Assembly: GCA_965153355.1 (NCBI GenBank)
Contig: OZ231126.1
Location: 34,720,001-34,784,000, forward strand
Direction of reading: 5' to 3'
From: Flaccisagitta enflata
Taxonomy: Eukaryota
DNA: 64,000 nt
The position numbers were made by a program, and so were the translations under genes. The notes under the pieces were generated by a model, which worked only from the letters and a program-made list of their open reading frames with translations, searched no databases and was not told where the DNA came from. Shown one piece after another: positions 1 to 12,414 of this stretch; positions within the stretch are counted from its first letter, which is position 1; the number at the start of each line of letters is the position of its first letter.

Positions 1-51
1 CTTTGGTTATCTTTATCCGAGATTTTGCAAAACTTGCGTGATGTGAAATGG

Positions 52-849
52 TCAAATCTTAACAAATAGTATGCATTTGTATAGATTTACCATTTCACGC
101 ATCCACACCAAGTTTTAGCAAAATCGGATAAAGATAACCAACGTTATTTATTTTTTTTACTCTTAGGCCAAAATTTGGCCTTATTTGGGCCAAATTGACA
201 TAATAGATTAATTTGAGTATGATGGCACATATTGCGTTTGTTAGATATGGCTTTAGGGAGTGTTCATACAAAATTTCAAATGAATCGGACAAGGAATTCT
301 CGAGATATCTTGTCATATCGATTGCGGCGGACAAGGTTTTTCAACAATTTAATTGTCCCACCCATGTCTTACTAAAACAACTTATCAACCTTTTCCAGAA
401 AATGTTCCTTATGTAATCGCAAAGGCCCCGCACATGTTGGTCCTACCTAGTGGTTCGGAACTAAGTTGAATTTGGAATGATTGCCCGAAGTTTTAACCAC
501 CAAAGGGGTGAAGATTGAATTTCGGACAATTACGGTTTTTCAACAATTTACGCGCATAATGCCAATTTGGTATATCGTCTGCGGCGGACAAGATATCTCG
601 AGAATTCCTTGTCCGATTCATTTGAAATTTTGTATGAACACTCCCTAAAGCCATATCTAACAAACGCAATATGTGCCATCATACTCAAATTAATCTATTA
701 TGTCAATTTGGCCCAAATAAGGCCAAATTTTGGCCTAAGAGTAAAAAAAATAAATAACTTTGGTTATCTTTATCCGATTTTGCTAAAACTTGGTGTGGAT
801 GCGTGAAATGGTAAATCTATACAAATGCATACTATTTGTTAAGATTTGA
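52..849. repeat. Near-perfect 263-bp inverted repeat (52-314 / 587-849)
   Basis: ORF-track translations of the two arms differ by one residue. Confidence 0.92.
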
Positions 850-1251
850 GTCATACAGTTAGGCCCAACTGGCCAAAAATAGGCCAAAATCTGGTCAAAT
901 TTAGTCAAAAACTGAAAAATTGTACAACTTCAGAATTCTTAATCCAATTTTGTTGAAATATGATGTGGATGCGCAAAACGGTGTATTCGTACAAATCAAT
1001 GCCATTACTAAGGATTTGAGTGATGCAGTTATATTAAACTGGCCAAAAACAGGTCAAAACTGGTCAAAACTGGTCAAATTTAGCCCGACAATGAAAAAAA
1101 GCATAATTGCACTGGTTATTGTTATCCAATCTTGATGTAACTTGTGTTGAGTCTCAGGATGGTAAACTTGGGTGGACATACATATTTTTGAGGATAAGTA
1201 TCACACAGAGGCTAAAAACTGGCCAAAATAAGCCCCCACCCAAAAAAAATA

Positions 1252-1726
1252 CAGTGGGACCTCGGTTTAAGGGATTTTTAGGGACTGACTATTTTTGTCT
1301 CTTTAATCCAAAATCCCTTAAATTGAATTCATCATTTTATTAAGGATTTTCATATTAGTTACTAAGGATTATCAAATTTAAAGTGTAACCACATCCTTTT
1401 GCCTTAAATATACAATGAATAATTTAGTTCATGGCGGGATTTTCATGGCACAAGAAATATTACATCATTTTGCAATAAAATTTTTTAAAGAATTATCTCA
1501 AAATCTAAATTTTTTTTCAAAATCCATCGAATTTACTTAAAATTTCCCTGATATAAGGGATATTTTCAAAAACTTGTCTCTTAAATCCGAATATCCCTTA
1601 AATAGAGGTTCCCTAATTAGAGGTTCTTTAACATTTCAAAAGCCTGAAAAAATCCGGGACCAGAGAGTGTTGTCTCTTAAATGCGAATATCCCAAATAGA
1701 GGTGCCACTAAGGTGGGATTCCACTG
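1252..1726. mobile_element. Tc1/pogo-type MITE (TA|CAGTGG..CCACTG|TA)
   Basis: Short TIR and TA duplication. Confidence 0.7.
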
Positions 1727-1955
1727 TATATACATTCACCAGGCAATCCTTTTCCATTTTGAATGAAAGATGCCACGGTGTCTAGCAAAGGTAAAAATCG
1801 ATGAATGCCTTAAATTCTAGAGGATTCTTATATTGTGGATAAGCAGGCCTTTTCTTACTCAATTTTCTGAGCGGGCCAACCGGGCCCGCTCCTCTAAATT
1901 TCAGTGTGCCCGACAAAATATATTTTGCTCTGTTTCCCAATTGTTTTAGCTTTTT

Positions 1956-2118
1956 AGTCGCGGACAAGCGACTATAAGAGGCTTTGTCCGTTTGTCCATC
2001 CGTTGGTCCGTCGGTGCGTCGGTCTGTCGGTGAGCACAAGTCGAAAAGTGGGAAAACGCGCATTTCCGCCCCTGCCCACCCGTCCGCGACTGGTATTGGC
2101 CGTGTATCCGGCCTTGTT
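1956..2118 (+). mobile_element. Small HINE family C (exemplar). Other copies at ~2677, 6351, 11497, 13867, 17935, 25630, 28995, 29472, 39257, 39500, 51760, 62800
   Basis: T-run, subTIR AGTCGCGGAC, (GTCC/GTCG)n, inverted GTCCGCGACT, hairpin GGCCGTGTATCCGGCC, then TTGTT; no TSD. Confidence 0.85.
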
Positions 2119-2476
2119 TACAGGGTTGCCATAGAACATAAGATACAGTCCCCGAAAATTCACGATTTTCACTGCCGCAGCCAGTTTTTCACTGAGTAGA
2201 AAAATCGATCAAATACTTCCATGGAAGTGTCCAGATTATGTGCACTTGCTAAGAATTTGCATGGAGATCTTGTAGGGAAGACTTATTGACTTAACAGTAT
2301 GAAATGTATCAATATGCAATGCAATATCAGACATTTTCTGAGGAAAATCCTTTTTTAGCACTAGATAAAGCCCTACGGAAAACTCTTAACTTGCATAGAA
2401 AATGACAAATTCAAAAAACTTAAAGCAGATTAAGAATTTTCCGTGGGACCCTCTCAAGAATTTTATCACTCAGTTT

Positions 2477-2907
2477 TAGGGTTGTATATGATTCCATAAC
2501 CTTTGATTGTTTCCACCCCCCCCCCCTTGATTTTCTTCCCCGCGACACATTGCGTAGCATTACCAAATCTATGTTTTTCTTCCGCATAAACCACTAAATC
2601 TGGGTGTTTACCTTATCATGTTTTATGTTTATGATCTTTTGCTGCCAAAATTTATATTTTCCCCAAGTTTTCTTTTTAGTCGCGGACGAGCGACTCTATA
2701 AGAGGCTTTGTCCGTCCGTCCGTCCGTTGGTCCGTTGGTGAGCACGAGTCGAAAAGTGGAAAAACCAGCGTTTCCGCCCCTGCCCACCTGTCTGCGACTG
2801 GTATTGGCCATGTATCCGGCCTTGTTTTTTCTCTTTTTTCCTCCTTCCTTTTCCTTCCCTTTCTCCAAACCATTTGATTACTTAATACGGAACAATGTAC
2901 AGGCCTG
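2477..2907. mobile_element. Older copy of the same hAT MITE containing a family C HINE
   Basis: TSD CTCAGTTT/CTTAGTTT (7 of 8 match). Confidence 0.75.
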
Positions 2908-3143
2908 CTTAGTTTTCAGTAAAACGATTTCCTAATCAATTTCTTTTATGAAATAATAGTATAAGTTTTTGCTCAGGATTATAAGCAAAGAATACTTTTA
3001 TCTATGTACACGACGGAGTAGTGTTATTAGGGATAACTTAACACTAAAACAATAAGGGGTGATCGATCTCTTTACAGAGTAGGCATTTTTGGGGGGAAGG
3101 AGAGAAAGCCCGGCCTAAATTTCATGGCTCGTTCTTTTTTTAT

Positions 3144-3781
3144 GGGCAGCGGTCCCAAAGGGGACAAAGTCCTGTAGAACACGGACTTTCGTTCGTTTGT
3201 TTGTCCCCCCCCCTCATCAGGCCCCTCAGGCCTCATATACGGCCTATCAGGCCTCAAATCTGGCCTTTCAGGCCTCAAATAAAGCCTCTCAAGCCTCAAA
3301 TCTGGCTTCTCAGGCCTCAAATGCAACCTCTCAGGCCTCAAACCTGGCCTCAAATTAGGCCTCTCAGGCATCAAATCCAAATTCTCGGCCTCAAACCTGG
3401 CCTCAAATTAGGCCTCTCATGCCTCAAATAAGCCATCTAAGCCTCATTTTAATGCTCTTAGGCTTCAAATCAGTCCTCTGACCTCTCAAGCCTTAATCAA
3501 GCTCTCGCAAGCCTCAAGTCAGCCCTCTCAAGCTTCCAATCGGCATTCTCAGGCCTTACATCAGCCTTCTTGGACCTCAGTTAGGCTCTTGAAGGCCTAC
3601 AATCAGCATTCTTTAACATCTCATCCACTTCTTCAGGCAGGACAAACGAAAGTCTCCCTGTGTTCTACAGGACTTTGTCCCCTTTGGGGCTGCTGCCCTG
3701 CTTTCCCTCACTCCAATTCACAATCACTCAAAGCAGGGCAACGGGTATCGCTGACCACATATTGCCCTTGGGCTACCGGTT
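3144..3781 (+). mobile_element. HINE-like family D: ~60-bp subterminal inverted repeats around a 21-bp tandem array
   Basis: GGGCAGCGG.CCC.AAGGGGACAAAGTCCTGTAGAACAC and its inverse, then an ~85-bp tail. Confidence 0.7.
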
Positions 3782-3869
3782 CTTTTTTAGAAGCGTCCTC
3801 GCGTCTCTATAAGAGGCTTTGACCGTCCGTCGGTCTGTCTGTGGCTTTTTTTTTTATTTGAGCCAGATA

Positions 3870-4410
3870 CAGTAGATCTCGTCTAGACTTGAGATAACGG
3901 GGGCAAGCATTGTAGAAAAACAAATGAAGCTGGGGAAGTTATATTTTTAACATAGACTAATAAAGATATGCTTTATTGCCTATGATAGCTGGTTGCCATG
4001 GAAACGCATTTCTATGTATTTAAGCTAAAATATCAATATTTTGAGAAATTTTTGAGGAACATTTTTAAAATTAAATTTGCTACAACTTTCCCACAGTATG
4101 TTTGTAGAATGTCACTCAGATGCGGTTAGGGGTTGTCGCACATGGATACGCTCCCTAGCAACAGCCGGCGACATTCTTACAGAACATACTGTGGGAAAAT
4201 GTAGCAAATTTGATTTTAAGCAATGTTCCCTAAAAATCTCAAAATATTGATATTTTAGCGAGAATACATGGAAATGTGTTTCCATGGCAACCAGCTATCA
4301 TGGGATTGAATTAAGCATCCTTTGATTAGTCTATCCAAATATCACTCCCTGCCTTTATTTGTCTTTCCACAATGCTTGCCCCGTATCTCAAGTCTAGACG
4401 AGATCTACTG
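3870..4410. mobile_element. Palindromic TA-MITE (family E)
   Basis: TA|CAGTAGATCTCGTCTAGACTTGAGATA and its inverse|TA; whole-length palindrome. Confidence 0.88.
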
Positions 4411-4417
4411 TATAAAA

Positions 4418-4469
<52 letters not shown>

Positions 4470-6593
4470 GCGCGCGATAACAAGCCCAGGCGCAGGAATA
4501 AAACGCAAAGGACGCAAAGGTCGAATTTCAGCCTTGTTTTTTTTTGTGTGACCATTTAAATTTTTTTTCTGTCGTAAATTAATCCGTAATCGTAGTAAGA
4601 TTTACTACGATTATAGTATCGGATATCGGGTATCACAGTCGTAAAACTTAAGGTAATTGCTGACAAAAGAGCAATGGAGTTGTGATGGTGCTGGGTTTCC
4701 ATTGCTGACGCATAGAAACATTAAATGCATCGTTGTATGGAACTTTACCTCGCAGATAACGTAAACATTGTTCATTTTTAGCCGCAGACATGCGACTCCT
4801 ATCCTTGTGTTGGTTGGTCTGTCTGTCAGTCAGTCCGTCGATCCCTTGGTCCTTCATGAAGTCACTTTTTAAGGTTTTCTACTCCTACCCACCGGTCTGC
4901 GACTAAAGTTGTGATGTATTCAACCTTGCTTAGTCGTATTTTGGTGGGAAAAACTGCAGAGCTCAAATTTGGCTAATTTGTATATTCTGGCTAATTTGGG
5001 TTCTCATGGTAAAACCGAAGCCCATTAAGGAGTGGCGATTATGGTTTTCTACCATTTAAACATTATATTATCACCTCATTCAAGAAAAAAATCATAATTA
5101 CCACTATTAAAATTACGAGTTTTGCACCTACAGCTGTGAGCCTGTTGCTGAAATCTTCCTAAATGATGATGGGTTGGCTTGTATTTATGCATGAATGTGA
5201 CTTAGTGCAAGATAATCATTGTTTGCCCATTTTTTATACCATAGTCATGTCTTTGGACAAAAAAAAACTGTCAAAAAAACAAATTTTACGGCTTATTACA
5301 GCATTTTACAGCATTTAAAAAAAATTTTGAAACAAAAAAATTTTCGTTTTGGTATGAAGTGATAAAATGAACCTTCCTGAGGCCCAAATCACTCACCATT
5401 AGGACCGAGAATTTTTCTTGACCTATGAAAGCCTCCCCCGTGGCGTGGGCGTCAATCTTTATTCTTGTAACCTTCCCACTTTCATTCACCTTCATTCACT
5501 TTCATTCACCTTCATTCATTTTCATTCACCTTCATTCACTTTCTATTTTCATCCATTCATGCAAGCATTCATTAAAAATGTTCCTTCCTCAAAAACGTTC
5601 ATTCATATATTCTTAGTCAGCCAGGCACACATATCGGCCTTTTTTCTCAGTTGAAAAGAGTAACATTGATTCAACAAATGAGGCTAAAATTCCATTGTCA
5701 CACTTGATGGAAAAGGCCGAGTTTACGCCAATACTTGTGCCTCGCGATCTAAGAAAGAATGAAAGAAAGAATGAATGAATGAATAAATGAATGAATGAAT
5801 GAATGAATGGATGAATGCTTAAATGAATGAGTGATTGGTTGAATGATTTAGAGCGAGAAGGTGAAAAGAAGGCTTAGAACTCTCATTTTGCTCATTTTTT
5901 CCCCTTTTTCTTGAAAGCATGAGAGATTAAAAAAATAAAAGACACACAGGAGCGTGCACGCCGGGCATGCAGCTAGCAAAAGCCGCGTGCCCGACAGCGA
6001 AACTGCGTGCGCCGGGCACGCGGGCACGCTCTATTTTCAGGCCTGCGCATAAAGAGTGGCGAACTGACAGTTGAGACGACAATAGTAAACGAGGCGCCAA
6101 AAACATTGTTTGTCAATCATTTGAATTCAGTGTGGGATCTTACGGTGTCCAAAAACGGCCGAGAAACGCCGTTTAGCACAGACTTAATGGACAGACAGAC
6201 GGACCAACCGACCGCCGGTCACACGGACAAACCCTCTTGTAGAGATTCGTTTCTGACGGACACGTCTAAAAACGCAACCTACTTTCAAAGATGCTTGGTT
6301 TCCGACATGAAAAGCTTGCCAAGGGATTAATAGGGTATGCATGTAATTTTCAGTCGCGTGCACGCGACTCCACAACCCACTCTGTACGTCGGCTGGTCCG
6401 TCCATAACACTTTGCTTTTTCGGCGTATTTGGGCGGTTTTAGGTTTAGAGCTCCTGCCTAACAGCTTGGTTGATCTATTTCATCACTGCCCCTGCCCTTC
6501 CACACGCGACTTGGGGAGCCGTGTATCCAGCCTTGTTGGATATAGAAAAGCTACTGGTCGACCAATAACCACGTGGCTAACAATTAGAGAAAC

Positions 6594-6769
6594 CTGCAGA
6601 ACCGCAGTTTTTGTCCGGACGATCATAAGATCCTCATCTCCCTCGATCTCGACGAAATCCTCTCCCCTTGGACTCTTAAACTGAAACGGAACCGATGCTC
6701 CACGCACTTGTCCACCGCCAACATAGCAAAATTGATAAAACTCTCCGTCATCCTCTGGTAGTACGTGAG
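6594..6769 (-). CDS. TAX1BP1: SKICH end plus LIR linker exon (AHVLPEDDGEFYQFCYV...RGASVPFQF...DLMIVRTKTAVLQ); gene continues downstream
   Basis: DDGEFYQFCYV and RGAS.PFQF are SKICH signatures; tttacag| and CAG|gtttct. Orthology among TAX1BP1/CALCOCO1/CALCOCO2 is not resolved. Confidence 0.93.
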
Positions 6770-7014
6770 CTGTAAAGAAAAGTAAAACATGTACCGTAGT
6801 TATGCCATTGATAACGCCATACCTGCTTGCTTCGAGTCCAATAATTGAAGGAAGTACGTAAAAAACTGAGGAGCGCTGCTCATTCAAGAGACTAGCAACA
6901 TTTTTTTGTCATCTGGTCCCCGTAAAAGTAAGCGAACAAGTTGTCAAACACGAACAATCCTCATTCTGGACGAAATCACGAAGCCATTTTCGTCAATAAA
7001 TGGAAACCACAAAC

Positions 7015-7117
7015 CTTGAAATAGAACCTTTGCGACATTGTTCTCGTGTATTTTGTAATCATTTGGAATAACCACCCATTGGTACGTCTTGTAGTCTCGA
7101 GGAGAGCTCCATCCAAC
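7015..7117 (-). CDS. TAX1BP1: SKICH domain exon (VGWSSPRDYKTYQWVVIPNDYKIHENNVAKVLFQ)
   Basis: Matches VGWSTARDYYTFLW; tag| and AAG|gtttgt; 103 nt. Confidence 0.92.
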
Positions 7118-7289
7118 CTATGAACGAAAGATCAAGTGAAGAGGTTTTAATAGGATGTTGAACCTGCGCATATGGATTGAAAACCCAGATGTAAAAAATC
7201 TGAACAGTAGTTGGGTCCGCCACGGAAGGGGGTTAAAGACCACAAATTCCATAAGATTGCTATAAGCAAAAGATTAAAAAAACCCACAA

Positions 7290-8415
7290 AATGTATATAA
7301 ATCAGGTACATATGTTGAGTCTTTCCATTTTGAGCCTCTATATCAAGATTCAAGCAAATTGGTCAAGAAATGACAAAGTTATACTCGTCTTTCACTTCTA
7401 GGCCGGTGAGATAATTAGGTGGTAGGCTGGTAAGATAGGTAGTAGGCTGGTTTGACAGAATTAATAGTGTGCATATATCGAGATCCTCCATTTAGAGACT
7501 CTTTACCAGGTTTCAACCACATTGGTTGAAAAATATCAAAGTTAGGCAAGTTTTTCACTTTTGGGCCATGGGTGATTTGGTGGTGATAAGGGGGTGATAG
7601 GGGGTTGACAGGTACTTATTTTTTGTGGTGGTGGGATCCGGGGCACTGTGGGCCAGTAGGCTGGTTGGGTGGTGGGCTGGCTTGACAGAATAAATAGTCT
7701 GCATATGTTGAGTGATTCCATTTAGAGACTCCATACCAACTTTTAACCCAATTGGTTGAAAAATGTCGAAGTTATGCAAGTTTTTCACTTTAAGGCTGGT
7801 TGGGTGGTAGGTCAGTTTGGCCGGTCAGCATACTCAAATGCATATAAATTACATACATATCAGAGACTCCATAACAAATTTCAACCAAATCAATTGAAAA
7901 ATGCCAAAGATACGCACGTTTTTCACTTTTAAGCTGGTTGGGTGGTAAGCTGGCTTGACAGGATAAATAGTTTGCATATGTTGAATTCTTCCATTTATAG
8001 AGTCCATACCAAGTTTTAACCCAATCGGTTGAAAAATGTCAAAGTTATGCAAGTTTTTCACTTTTAGACCCAGAAGCTGATTGGGTGGTAGGTCAGTTTG
8101 GCCGGTTAGCATACTTAAATGCATATAAAGCACATACAAATGTTGAGTCTTTTCATTTGGAGACTCCATACCAAATTTAAACCCAATTGGTTAAAAAATG
8201 CAAGTTGTTCAATTTTAGGTCAATAGGCTGGTTGGGCCAGTTGGGTGGGTCAGATCACAAAAACTGGATAGGATGTAAAGCGCCTTACCCTAAAACAACT
8301 TCCCACTAAATATGAACCATATCGGTCCTATCACAAAAAAGTAATCCATATTTCAAATGAACACAACAACGTTGACGACACCCACCCGCCTTGAATTATA
8401 GTCCGCGTCTGAATT
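7290..8415 (-). mobile_element. Degenerate HINE family B copy (further fragments at ~11280-11990 and 13060-13690)
   Basis: Diverged ~162-bp units; end motif ACGACACCCACCCGCCTTGAATTATAGTCCGCG. Confidence 0.75.
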
Positions 8416-8450
8416 TTTAGACATTTTCAAGTGCGGACACGCAATTCTAT

Positions 8451-9215
8451 AACAGGTCGCCCAAGGGCAATATGTGGTCAGCGATACCCGTTGCCCTGCT
8501 TTGAGTAATTGTGAATCGGAGGGAGGGGAAGCAGGGCAGCGGCCCCGAAGGGGACGAAGTCCTGTAGAACACAGGGGGACTTTCGTTCGTCCGGGCTGGA
8601 GAAGTTGATGAGATGCTACAGAGGGCTGACTGAAGGCCTTCAAGAGCCTAAACTGAGGTCTAAGACGGCTGATGTAAGGCCTGAGAATGCCAATTGGAAG
8701 CTTGAGAGGGCTGACTTGAGGCTTGGGAGAGCTGGATTAAGGCTTGATATCAGAGGACTGATTTGAAGCCTGAGAGCAATAAATTAAGGCTGAGAGGCCA
8801 GGTTTGAGGCCTGAGAGGCCAGGTTGGAGGCCTGAGAGGCCAGGTTTGAGGCCTGAGAGGCCAGGTTGGAGGCCTGAGAGGCCAGGTTGGAGGCCTGAGA
8901 GGCCAGGTTGGAGGCCTGAGAGGCCAGGTTTGAGGCCTGAGAGGCAAGATTTGAGGCCTGAGAGGCAAGATTTGAGGCTTGAGAGGGCGGGTTGGAGACC
9001 TGAGAGGTTGAATTTCAGGCCTGAGAGGCAAGATTTGAGGCCTGAGAGGCCAGATTTGAAGCCTGAGAGGCCAGATTTAAGGCCTGAGGGGCCTGATGAG
9101 GGGGGGACGGACGAACGAACAGACGGAGGGTCGGACAAACGAACGGACGAATGAACAAACGAAAGTCCCCCTGTGTTCTACAGGACTTTGTCCCCTTCGG
9201 GCCCGCTGCCCAAAA
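8451..9215 (-). mobile_element. Family D copy with (AGGCCTGAGAGGCCAGGTTGG)n, inserted in a family C variant
   Basis: Inverse of the 3144 copy; host reads GCAATTCTATAA[..]AAGGCTTT. Confidence 0.75.
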
Positions 9216-10358
9216 GGCTTTTTCTGTCAGTCCATCCATTGGTTGGTCAGTTGGTCCATCCGTCTGATGGTCCGTGAGCATTTTAGAAGCTTTTTGTGAA
9301 TGTGTGTTGGGAGGGGGCTTGGGTGTGGATAAGGGTTGGCTGCCCCTGCCCACCCATCCGCAACAATATTGTGACCCCCCGTCACTTGCTTTCTTTGTAC
9401 AATTGTTCAACACGCATGTTGGAGCATTGATCAGTAAGCAAAACTTTCATCAATTTACAGATCAAAAGACGTGAATAATCTTTAGTTTATTTCTAGTTGC
9501 GGACACGGCTTTGCCCGTTAGTCCATCCGTCCGTCTGTCTGTCTGTCTGTGTCCATCACCCACAAGTCGAAAAGTGGAAAAACGAGCGTTTTAGACTTTT
9601 TTGGGAGTTTTTTTTTGAGTGTATTAGTGGGGGGGGCATAGGGTATGGTAGGCCTTGATCTACAACTCGGAATTTCTAAGGCTGAAAGCGGATCTCGCTT
9701 TGAAAAAAACTCGCCCCCTGAAGTGTTGACTTGTTACAGGCTCTATACGCCACCAATCTAGACGTTCTTGGTCTTGTTTGACGGAGATTTGATTTCTCTC
9801 GCCGTCGGCTTTAACTAAATATTATCATTTTCTTATTAGGGGCCCCTAAGGGCCCCCCAAAAAGCCCTTATTGAGAATTTTTTTTTTGAAAAAAAAAATG
9901 GGGTGCAATCAATAGGAAATTGTTTGATTTGCCTAGATCCAAAATCTTGTATTTTCACTTTTTTCAAAAAACTTAGAAAATTTTTATGTCGCGCGTCAGG
10001 GACCTGTAAAATGACTTTTTTCAAAAAATTTTAAAATTTGATTGGGGGCGAGTTCAAAGAAAAAAAGGAAAAAAAGAACGTCGGTTTTTTCTTTTACTTT
10101 TTAAGTATGAAAAAGGCCGTAACTTCTAAACTATTGATGCGATTGTCCTGAAATTTGAAATACTAGCTGACGTCATGCTTCTCGACGTACGAGCTAAAAA
10201 TCTCGATTGTGAACCGTCGTAAAGCTGGACGCACTTCTTTGCCTAGGTATGGATGAGAGTTGGATGCCCCTGCCCATCCGTCTGCAACGATATTGTAACC
10301 CCGCGTCACTTGTTACTCAAACAGCGCATGTAAGTCACAGTCGAGCATTCATACTGAC

Positions 10359-10471
10359 CTTGTATAGTCCGATCCAATCACGCGCATTTGGCTGGTACGA
10401 CCGCGTCAGGGTGTACTTGCATTCAATGTGGGCGTTAACGGGGTACTTCTCCGCAAGATTCTGGAAGATAA
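10359..10471 (-). CDS. TAX1BP1: SKICH domain exon (VIFQNLAEKYPVNAHIECKYTLTRSYQPNARDWIGLYK)
   Basis: Hand-translated; matches VIFQNV...NAHLECHYTLT...DWVGIFK; cag| and AAG|gtcagt. Confidence 0.93.
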
Positions 10472-10592
10472 CTGTCATAAAGGGATAATTTGAAAAACCG
10501 CTTACTTGGTCCATAAATTCTTCTACTATCCGGCAAAAATCCGACGGAAGGGGGCCCGGGGTTAAAGATCACTAATTCCATAAAATCGGTAA

Positions 10593-11166
10593 CAGGGTGT
10601 GCAAAAAAATCCGCACTCATCATACACGGAATTGGAAAAACTTTCCAATAAATGCTCAAAGTTTAAATTAAGTTATTTTTATAGAAAAGATAAAAAAAAT
10701 ATATATATCAGCTGAATATATCATTAAACTAGCTAAATATATTTTTTAACCTACAATGACTTAACTAGAATATTAAAAACATTCTTTTTCTGTGAATAAA
10801 TATTTATTTTTTATTTAAATTCAATTGATGACATTTTTTTTGTGCACTGAAACCCCTCCTTCCTGGCCCATCCATCTCTCCCAGATGTATTTCATCTCAA
10901 ACAATCCATCTAAGGACCAATGAGGTAGCAAAATTTTTTTTTTGTTAATAAATACTGCTCTGCCAATAAAATCATGTCCAAATCATGTTTTCTGTTTCTT
11001 CTTTGATACATATCATGGCTATGTATAAAAACTGTATCAACTGTTTTTGATTTCTACTTTTAGTATGACCAACTGAGATACTCTGGTTCAAATTTTAGCT
11101 CATAACTTCCATAAGAAGCATGGTTTTAAACCAATATAGTGAGAGCGAAATTTTTTGCACACCCTA
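10593..11166. mobile_element. Degenerate Tc1-like MITE (CAGGGTGTGCAAAAAA TIR)
   Basis: Inverted ~30-bp ends. Confidence 0.65.
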
Positions 11167-12322
11167 TTATGACTAAAAAATCACCTTTTCAAATCAACTA
11201 GCTTAAAAGGTTTTATCTATAGTACTCATCACTTTTAAAATTTTTGGTTAGAAGTCTCCAAACCGAGTTAAAAACGCCAAAATTAAGCACATTTTTAGTT
11301 CATATAGGCCAGTCAATAGGCCGGTTGGGTAGTAACAGCCAAGCCAGCTCGCATACTTCATGCAAATAAATCAGATGAATGTGTGGAGTTTCCATAACCA
11401 GTTTTAGGCAAATCGGCTAAAAAATGAAGAATTTTAGGCAAATCGGCTAAAAAATGAAGAAATTAACGGCTAAAAACTGAAGTTATGCATGTTTTTAGAC
11501 GCGTGCACGCAACTCTGACCCGCTCTGTCCATCTGTCGGTCGTTCGGTCAGTCCATCAGTTGGTCCGTCCGTCGGTCACACTTAGCTTTTTTTCGTCGTT
11601 TATGTCATTTTTCGTCGTTTATGTCATTTTTCGTCGTTTATGTCATTTTTAGTAGTCTTTTGGTCTTTTGGTCTTAACAACCACACGCAACTGTAAGGTG
11701 TTGGCCTTGTTCACTTTTAGGCTGGTAGGCTAGCTAAGTGGTATGCTTATGTGACAGGATATATTGTGTGCATATCTTAAGTTCTCCCATTTAGAGAATC
11801 CATACCCAGTTTCAACAAAACAAATTGAAAAATATAAAAGTTATGTAAATTTTTCACTTTTAGGCCAATAGGCTGGTTGGTTGGTAGGCCGGTTGGATCA
11901 ATTAGCATGTTTAAATGCATATAAATCAAATACATAAGCGGAGTCCATTTAGGAACTCCATTCAAAATTTCAACCAAATTGGTTGAAAATGCTTGAGACG
12001 GCTTCCCTCCCAAGGCAACATTTGCGTTTCAAAAACGGTCAAAATAGAAAAAATGTATAAATTAAAATGTAAAGATAAATGAATAAAAGTGATTAAGATA
12101 GCTCAGACATCATATTTAAAAGAAAAATTTGCATTTACTTAAAGTACGGTGGGAGCAATAAGGGCAGTACAAAGAGGGCCTTCTATATTCTTATTGTTTG
12201 AATGAAAAACCTAATGCTTTAATTTTTCTGGAAGCCGATGGTCCAAGGTAGTGAGTGAACATAAAATTCCACATCAAGTGATTCAAAACAAAACTGAGAA
12301 TTGAATTGTTTTCATTGCATGT

Positions 12323-12414
12323 GGTGCGATAGCTCTGTTGGTAGAGTGCTGACCTTAAGAGAAACAGTTTCTTCCCTTCAGAGTCACAGGTTTGATTCCA
12401 GAGAGGTGCTGCAC
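12323..12414 (+). pseudogene. tRNA-derived sequence (degenerate tRNA or SINE head)
   Basis: A-box-like TAGCTCTGTTGGTAGAG, B-box-like GGTTTGATTCC, T-run; acceptor stem does not pair cleanly. Confidence 0.55.

Noticed and set aside
1-6593. Further coiled-coil exons of the SKICH gene
   Set aside because: No convincing open exon with splice sites found by eye; probably outside the window or missed
8737-9154. RPERPGW and SGLKPGL repeat ORFs
   Set aside because: 21-bp array inside family D; open in several frames with no gene context
9649-10245. Insertion in a family C variant with TAGGC..GCCTA ends and a possible GGTATGG duplication
   Set aside because: TIR too short and TSD length ambiguous to classify
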